IMG/VR virus record: IMGVR_UViG_3300022539_000610
Span: 32,001 to 96,000 of that record
Direction: 5' to 3' (one strand)
DNA from: a virus
Length of the DNA stretch: 64,000 nt
Shown piece after piece: positions 58,327 through 64,000 of this stretch; the stretch's first letter is position 1, and each line of letters starts with the position of its first letter. Position numbers and translations under genes: made by a program. Under the pieces are notes generated by a model. That model was not told the DNA's origin. It saw only the letters and a list, made by a program, of their open reading frames with translations, and did not search any database.

Positions 58327-59889
58327 TCATCTTGAAAACTGACCTAACATTCTCTCACCACGACTTGTACTAGAGATAGACTTTTTTGACTCAGAGATCT
58401 CTTCACCCTCACCAGGCTCATCCTTGTCTTCCTTCATCTCATAACTTTTGGAGACAGAAAGTCCGAAGTTCTCTCTCATGATGTTACCAGTTTCAATAGC
58501 AGCGTCCTTGGAACCAGTGTTGTCAAGTAATTTCCCAGCCTTTTCATCATCGATCCCAAGGGCCTCTGCGACATCTTTTACATCCCGGGTTCGTTTGCTT
58601 TTTCTCATATCTTCAACAATTGTCTCCGTGAGTTCCAAGAGTCTCTCAATTTCCTCTGGGGTACCGAGTTCCAGGAATGACTCAGCCAAATCCATCACCC
58701 CTTCGATGTCTTCTGGGGTACCGAGCTCAGAGATCTTCTCAACAAAGTCCTTTGTCTTTTCAAATGCCTCGTTGATCTCACCAGGGGCACCAAGATCTGT
58801 ATACTGCTGAAGCACATCCAGAGCCTCATTCAACTCTGCGATTGAGCCTAGTTCTTTGATGGACTCAGCAAGTTTCTTTGCTCCCTCTAAGGCCTGCTCA
58901 ACCTCTTCCGCTGATCCTATATCCTTATAAGACTCAGTGGCAGCAGTAAGATCCGTAACTTGCTCCTTGGCTGCTTTAAGATCCTTCTGAGTGCCCTCAA
59001 CTGCCTCTAACACCTTAGAGAGCTCTGAGACAGTTCCCAGCTCCTTATACTCCTTCAGGGATTCCTCAGAAGCACTTACCCTATCCTTGGCAACTGCGAG
59101 TTTGCCTTTTAAGTCTTCGTTGTCTGCCAGTACCTTGTCCAGATCAGCTTGAATGTTGTTCTTCTCTGTCACAAGATTTTCCAGCATTTTAGTTTCTTTC
59201 TCTTTAGCTTCCATAATGAAAACCTCCTCATTGGTTTCTTGTTCTTGTTCTTGTTTATTATCAGCAGTAGAATCTTCATCTACTACTAGTTCTTCTTTTA
59301 CTATCTCAGGATCAATTCCATCCTCAACTAACTCAGGAATTGCCCCTTTAACTCCTCCAATCTTCACAAAGTCAAACGTTTCCAACCTGAAAGTGTCAGG
59401 ATCTATAGCTTGTGCTTCGCCTGTCGGAGTATTAACCTTACCTTTAAACTTCCCATAAGCACGAGAGGAGGTTGCAAGTCTAACTCCTCCTCGAAAATAT
59501 GTATTCAACACCTGCCCTGTTGGTGTGTTAAGAATAAGAGCTTCAATCATCCCTATGTGTGGATCGCCCTCATCCATCCAGAGCTTGACTATTCTATGAG
59601 AGGCTTTACCTTCACGAAGGGCCTTGTCATCCAGCTCCTGATCATGTCCAATGGTGCCAAGCATGAGGCCATTGTCCATATTTTTCTGATTCTCAGTAAT
59701 CACTTTCGACCAAAGCTTCTTCTTGTAGTACCTCCCATTTTCGCTTGCTCCATCAACAATGAAGCCCTGCCCACGAACACGGGCTAAGATATGCTTCCCA
59801 TCTATAATAGGGTCACCCTTGGCCTCACAAAGTTGCCAGGCCGTTTCAAACATAAATTGGTCTCTAATAAGTTCTAATCCATTTTCCAT
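58327..59889 (-). CDS. prohead protease (gp21-like) fused to scaffold
   Basis: NGRYY, GTIGH, ASHRI, TPTG, SSRAYG, FDFV; acidic coiled-coil C-half. Confidence 0.9.
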   Translation of the reverse strand: MENGLELIRDQFMFETAWQLCEAKGDPIIDGKHILARVRGQGFIVDGASENGRYYKKKLWSKVITENQKNMDNGLMLGTIGHDQELDDKALREGKASHRIVKLWMDEGDPHIGMIEALILNTPTGQVLNTYFRGGVRLATSSRAYGKFKGKVNTPTGEAQAIDPDTFRLETFDFVKIGGVKGAIPELVEDGIDPEIVKEELVVDEDSTADNKQEQEQETNEEVFIMEAKEKETKMLENLVTEKNNIQADLDKVLADNEDLKGKLAVAKDRVSASEESLKEYKELGTVSELSKVLEAVEGTQKDLKAAKEQVTDLTAATESYKDIGSAEEVEQALEGAKKLAESIKELGSIAELNEALDVLQQYTDLGAPGEINEAFEKTKDFVEKISELGTPEDIEGVMDLAESFLELGTPEEIERLLELTETIVEDMRKSKRTRDVKDVAEALGIDDEKAGKLLDNTGSKDAAIETGNIMRENFGLSVSKSYEMKEDKDEPGEGEEISESKKSISSTSRGERMLGQFSR

Positions 59890-59932
59890 TGTTTAACTCC
59901 CAATAAATCAAAGTTTCTTAACAAAACAATTC

Positions 59933-60181
59933 TCAATAATTAGACCATAAAGGTTTTCCAACATCTCCCCACACCCCTTTTTCTTTCTTCCAAACCTCAA
60001 TATAAAACTTAGCCTTCGAATACTGTTGTACCAAATCCTTTGCAGCCTTTATTGCTTCCTTTGAATCTTTATAGTAAGATGACATATCCTCTAATACTTC
60101 ATCAGAACTACGATCATATACAAAAACCCCATAATCATCTTTAGCTTCAATAAGATCTAATATATCTCTTGCTTTACTCAT
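59933..60181 (-). CDS. small protein with MSKA leader
   Basis: MSKARDILDLIE. Confidence 0.7.
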   Translation of the reverse strand: MSKARDILDLIEAKDDYGVFVYDRSSDEVLEDMSSYYKDSKEAIKAAKDLVQQYSKAKFYIEVWKKEKGVWGDVGKPLWSNY

Positions 60182-60891
60182 CTCTTTTCCTCCAATAGTT
60201 TTTGTTTCATGTGCTCAAACTTCTCAGTCAGAAAATAAGTATTCTCTTCATCGCCTTCATGTTGAGCCCAAATGCTTTCAACCTCTTTAGTTTCTATATC
60301 TAATACTTCCGCGATCAACTTATGAACCTCTCCTATCTCTACAAGCCGAAGTAGAAGTTCAAATTCATCCTCATTAAACTTATATCCTATATCTTCATAA
60401 AGCTCTGACTCGACAGTTCTCAAAATAGGAAGGGCATAGTCAGTAAACATTTCAAACTCCACCTGCTCACTCAGAGGCATATAATATCCTTGCTCAATAT
60501 ACATGTGAGTACGCATAGAGGAGATTGCCTTCAATGCTAAATCTCTACTAAGTATAAGGGCCTCACTCTTTCCCCTCTTCTTCTCTTTAGGTGGGGCAAG
60601 GAAGTAACGAGTTGCTAAGAACCTTCCCATTGAGCGATGCAACCTCTTGCCCTTGATTGAACGGTGAAATTTCTGAATCCCTTTCATGTACCGCCACCGA
60701 TACTTTCGCCAGTCAGACTTTGCTATCTGGGCACGTCGAAAGTTCTTCAACCGTGGTACTACATGCTTACGTCTCTTAATGAACTCTTCAAAAAGGGCAG
60801 ATGAGTAATCATCAGGATCTTGATCAATAAGATCTATCCTGCCTACTTCGGACAAGAAATTTAGTTTGTCTTCTGATGATTGGAGTTTCAC
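60178..60891 (-). CDS. hypothetical head-region protein
   Basis: 237 aa with Arg/Lys-rich segment. Confidence 0.7.
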   Translation of the reverse strand: MKLQSSEDKLNFLSEVGRIDLIDQDPDDYSSALFEEFIKRRKHVVPRLKNFRRAQIAKSDWRKYRWRYMKGIQKFHRSIKGKRLHRSMGRFLATRYFLAPPKEKKRGKSEALILSRDLALKAISSMRTHMYIEQGYYMPLSEQVEFEMFTDYALPILRTVESELYEDIGYKFNEDEFELLLRLVEIGEVHKLIAEVLDIETKEVESIWAQHEGDEENTYFLTEKFEHMKQKLLEEKR

Positions 60892-61347
60892 CTACTTAAC
60901 CCTCTCAAACTTCTGAACCACTCTATGTGAAAAAACACGCATTTCTCCAATTTTACCCTTCATGATCGTGTAGTACCCATCATGCCCTATTGAATGTATA
61001 GCTTTACTCATATCATCCACATCAGCCCTCGTAGGGTCTATACCAGAATCCTTCAACCAATCATACACCTCTTTATGCTTAGGTTTTTTACTCTTACCCT
61101 GCCAAAAATTGTAATCGACTACTAGTGGGTTCTTTAAACTTATCCATACTTTGAAAAGGTCATCACCATAATCTAATGCATACTCAGGGTCCTCTGTAAA
61201 TGAAATCCCAAGGTATCCATCAGCTTCATCCCGAGACAAGTGAAATCTTCCTGCCTTCTCAATCTCATCACCCTGACGAGTTCCATGATAAAAAATAAAA
61301 GCCTTTGCCTCCACTAAACTCAAAATCTTTGAAGCTCTACTCACCAT
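60892..61347 (-). CDS. ADP-ribosyltransferase-like protein with SRA leader
   Basis: FYHGT, GISFT, A..YG, GHDG, E..VF. Confidence 0.65.
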   Translation of the reverse strand: MVSRASKILSLVEAKAFIFYHGTRQGDEIEKAGRFHLSRDEADGYLGISFTEDPEYALDYGDDLFKVWISLKNPLVVDYNFWQGKSKKPKHKEVYDWLKDSGIDPTRADVDDMSKAIHSIGHDGYYTIMKGKIGEMRVFSHRVVQKFERVK

Positions 61348-61935
61348 CTATCCTTTAATCTTTTTTGCAAATTTCTTATTTGTGTCAGTTTTTAAACCAA
61401 GATCCTTCATCTTATCAACACGTGATCTATCCTTGTCACTCATACTGTCTTTTTTCATAATAATAGGAAGTTTTTGTTTTCCCTTCCCTCGCATCACGGA
61501 GACCTGAGCAATAGTCTCTTCAACTTCTCCACTATCTACCTCACCAGCCATAAGCAAAGCATTAAGGACGCTTTTGTTCAACCACGACAAATCTGCCAAA
61601 TCCAATATCAAGTCATCTCCAATCTCAATGATACCTGGATCAAAGGGATCAAGGAGAATCGTTATTTGTTCATCGTCATCACTTACAACTGAAGCCAAAG
61701 GACCTTGATCATCTTCAATACCAAACCAGACCGTCACTTCATCCCCTTCCTCATCATAGAAGGTGACAAAGGGGCCTTCATCCAAATCTAACACTACAGA
61801 GACACCAATATTGGAATAACCAAAACTATCAAGTTTATCGAGGAACTCATCTTCAATCTCTTTCGCAGAAGAGGCTCCGTAATGTGATAAAGATAGGAAT
61901 TCATTAATTTTATTCGTTACGTCAATCGCTTTCAT
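61348..61935 (-). CDS. acidic hypothetical protein
   Basis: 195 aa ORF. Confidence 0.7.
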   Translation of the reverse strand: MKAIDVTNKINEFLSLSHYGASSAKEIEDEFLDKLDSFGYSNIGVSVVLDLDEGPFVTFYDEEGDEVTVWFGIEDDQGPLASVVSDDDEQITILLDPFDPGIIEIGDDLILDLADLSWLNKSVLNALLMAGEVDSGEVEETIAQVSVMRGKGKQKLPIIMKKDSMSDKDRSRVDKMKDLGLKTDTNKKFAKKIKG

Positions 61936-62324
61936 TACTTACCCCCCGCATAGATTTCTCGTCCCTTCTTAATCACTTCCTTATCATAACCTATCTGTCT
62001 AGTGATCCAATCCTCTATCTCACTCCACTCTTTCCCTTCTTTCTTCATTTTAAGAATCTGTTTCTCCATACCTTCCACTTTCTTTGATTGAGCTTCATCT
62101 AAAATGACCCTGGCACGAGACATGTTTAGAGGTTTCTCAATACATACTCTGTCAACAAGACGTAAAGGGAACATAGCACTAACGTCTTCTAAGTCCTTGT
62201 CAATCTGTTCAGTGGTTTCTCTATCCATCATAACCTTATGCTCCCCTTTCGGGAGGTCAGGTCCGGGTAGACTAACTCGTACATTTCTCAAACTTTCGCT
62301 TACTTTCGTTCTACGTCTTCTCAT
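61935..62324 (-). CDS. hypothetical protein with internal MSRA motif
   Basis: MSRARVILDE internal. Confidence 0.6.
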   Translation of the reverse strand: MRRRRTKVSESLRNVRVSLPGPDLPKGEHKVMMDRETTEQIDKDLEDVSAMFPLRLVDRVCIEKPLNMSRARVILDEAQSKKVEGMEKQILKMKKEGKEWSEIEDWITRQIGYDKEVIKKGREIYAGGK

Positions 62325-62551
62325 TTCAAATCCCCCTTCTTTACAATGTAGAATACTCGAGTCTTTTCATTGCTTATAACCATATACTTCAGGTCCTCTT
62401 CATCAGGTCCTAGTACAGTGTAAGTGCCAGCAGGAACAGTTTCAGGCTTCCTTGTAGTATAGTGAAGCCCTTTTATTGGCTTTTGAAAAGTTACAGTATC
62501 ACTCTTCTCCAACACTTGCGTTAATAGAGTAGTTATTTCTGTTGCTTTCAT
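62321..62551 (-). CDS. hypothetical protein
   Basis: MKATEITTLL..LE. Confidence 0.65.
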   Translation of the reverse strand: MKATEITTLLTQVLEKSDTVTFQKPIKGLHYTTRKPETVPAGTYTVLGPDEEDLKYMVISNEKTRVFYIVKKGDLK

Positions 62552-62970
62552 TGTCTCTCCTTTTCCTGACGATACTTTTTCAAATAATCAGTAACTTTAA
62601 TATACTTATCTACCCAAGTCCAATCCTTCCAAGACCAAGTGGGGAATGGTTGATCATGTATCGAAGGTCGTAAATGACCATACCTCAAAACATGAGAATC
62701 AGTCATTACACCATTAGTAGCAGAACCCATCAATAATGTTGGTTCACGATAATCTCTACTATCTCCAATCCTTCTCCAAACATGGCCATGATTAGCCTTG
62801 CTAGCATCAAAAGCATACACTTTCTTACTTTTAATATCTGCTATAAACCTAACTTCCGTCCCAAGCTCTCTAAGTTCACCTTTAGAAGGATTAATGAAAA
62901 TATCAACCATTCCAAGGGCTGACCTAAAACTTGTAAAATACTTCTCTAAGATGTTCCTTGCTCTACTCAT
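62548..62970 (-). CDS. protein with MSRA leader
   Basis: MSRARNILE. Confidence 0.7.
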   Translation of the reverse strand: MSRARNILEKYFTSFRSALGMVDIFINPSKGELRELGTEVRFIADIKSKKVYAFDASKANHGHVWRRIGDSRDYREPTLLMGSATNGVMTDSHVLRYGHLRPSIHDQPFPTWSWKDWTWVDKYIKVTDYLKKYRQEKERQ

Positions 62971-62986
62971 ATCAAGTTCTTACTTA

Positions 62987-63223
62987 CTATTTCCCGAGAT
63001 ATTTTGTTTTAAGAGAGGCGCAAAATCCTTCTGGACTTTCAAGACCTTCACCCTTCATCTTAGCCACACACTCACGGAAAAATCCCTTGGGGTCACCCTT
63101 AGTCTTACCAGTTAACTCCTTGGCAAATTTATCTAAGGACTCTTTTGTCCATCCTTTAGGGAGATCTTCCCATTCTTCACTCAAACTGTCAATCATTTCT
63201 AAAATATCTCTTGCTTTACTCAT
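62987..63223 (-). CDS. protein with MSKA leader
   Basis: MSKARDILE. Confidence 0.7.
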   Translation of the reverse strand: MSKARDILEMIDSLSEEWEDLPKGWTKESLDKFAKELTGKTKGDPKGFFRECVAKMKGEGLESPEGFCASLKTKYLGK

Positions 63224-63227
63224 ATTA

Positions 63228-63929
63228 CTACTCCTTAATTGTCAAGGCATCACAGAATCCATACTTTCGACGCTCTATAACTTCTTTAAGGATTTTTCCT
63301 TCAGCTAACTTAACCATCATCTTCTTTCTACACACAGAATCCACCTTCTCGCTAATAGGAATTTGAGATAAAAGAGAAACTAACTCAGGATCAAGATAAG
63401 GAAGATAAACTTTAATATCCCCACTGTTTCTGTCAAGAGGAGCCAAATGCTCTTCTTGAAGTCGTTGAACATAATCAAAGTACATTTCCTCACTCGGATC
63501 TTTCTGATGGGCATAATAACCACACATATACTCATCTATACCATCACAAGAAATAATCTCAGAAACCCCTAGTTTAGCTAAATTATCATAAAAAGCTTTA
63601 ACGATCTCGTCGCCAGGAAACCCATCCTGTACCGGAGGAATATCATCAGGAATATAGGTATGAAGTGTTGCTGCCCTAAAACGGTTTGCAATTAAATTAG
63701 CATGTATATAATCGGGGTGTTCGGTATTCTTCGCAATCACATAACAGTTTATTTCTTCTCTTTCACAAAGCACAGCTAAATACCACAGAATCAAAGATGA
63801 ATCCAACCCCCCTGACAAGGCCAAGTTGTTACAATCAATCATAGACAAGGCATTCAATATTCCCCTATCTATATCATCAATAGTTATTTTTCGACCTACA
63901 CGATGCCACCATAAAGGAAATTCAATCAT
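63228..63929 (-). CDS. asparagine synthase C-terminal-domain protein
   Basis: LSGGLDSS, DGIDE..GY, PYLD, RRKYGF. Confidence 0.85.
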   Translation of the reverse strand: MIEFPLWWHRVGRKITIDDIDRGILNALSMIDCNNLALSGGLDSSLILWYLAVLCEREEINCYVIAKNTEHPDYIHANLIANRFRAATLHTYIPDDIPPVQDGFPGDEIVKAFYDNLAKLGVSEIISCDGIDEYMCGYYAHQKDPSEEMYFDYVQRLQEEHLAPLDRNSGDIKVYLPYLDPELVSLLSQIPISEKVDSVCRKKMMVKLAEGKILKEVIERRKYGFCDALTIKE

Positions 63930-64000
63930 AACTCCTCTCCTTTGTAATTTTGTTTTATTCTATCCACAATCATATCAAAATGCTTACTGTTGAATTCAAA

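Noticed and set aside
42376-59787. Long plus-strand ORFs (e.g. 42904..43563, 46997..47518, 58448..58810)
   Set aside because: They are antisense shadows of well-supported minus-strand genes.
1-64000. Genome-wide stop-codon reassignment
   Set aside because: Genes are full length in the standard code, TAA, TAG and TGA all end genes, and ATGA overlaps are common.

Overview
64 kb of a large T4-like (myovirus-type) phage genome, with almost every gene on the minus strand. In transcription order (right to left): (i) a head module of many small genes, a prohead protease-scaffold fusion, and a gp23-like major capsid gene split by two group I introns (479 aa once spliced); (ii) neck, sheath, tube, tape-measure and baseplate genes; (iii) a ~22 kb glycan synthesis and decoration cluster (glycosyl-, sulfo-, methyl- and acyltransferases, cysC, WbpB-like, DegT, WbqC, LicD, MFS), tRNA-Tyr and an intact IscB/omegaRNA element; (iv) a MamK-like actin; (v) an early-type operon with a sigma70 promoter, a boxB/boxA-like leader, repeated long hairpins between small genes and a ~280 nt orphan structured RNA candidate. 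The most striking observation is that the IscB guide position holds one version of the first 11 codons of a sulfotransferase gene, while the intact gene right behind IscB starts with a mostly synonymously recoded version. That layout suggests an RNA-guided cleave-and-rescue (homing) element. More than a dozen unrelated proteins also share an N-terminal MS(R/K)AxxIL..E peptide resembling a capsid-targeting signal. All product calls rest on motif recognition by eye; no database searches were run.
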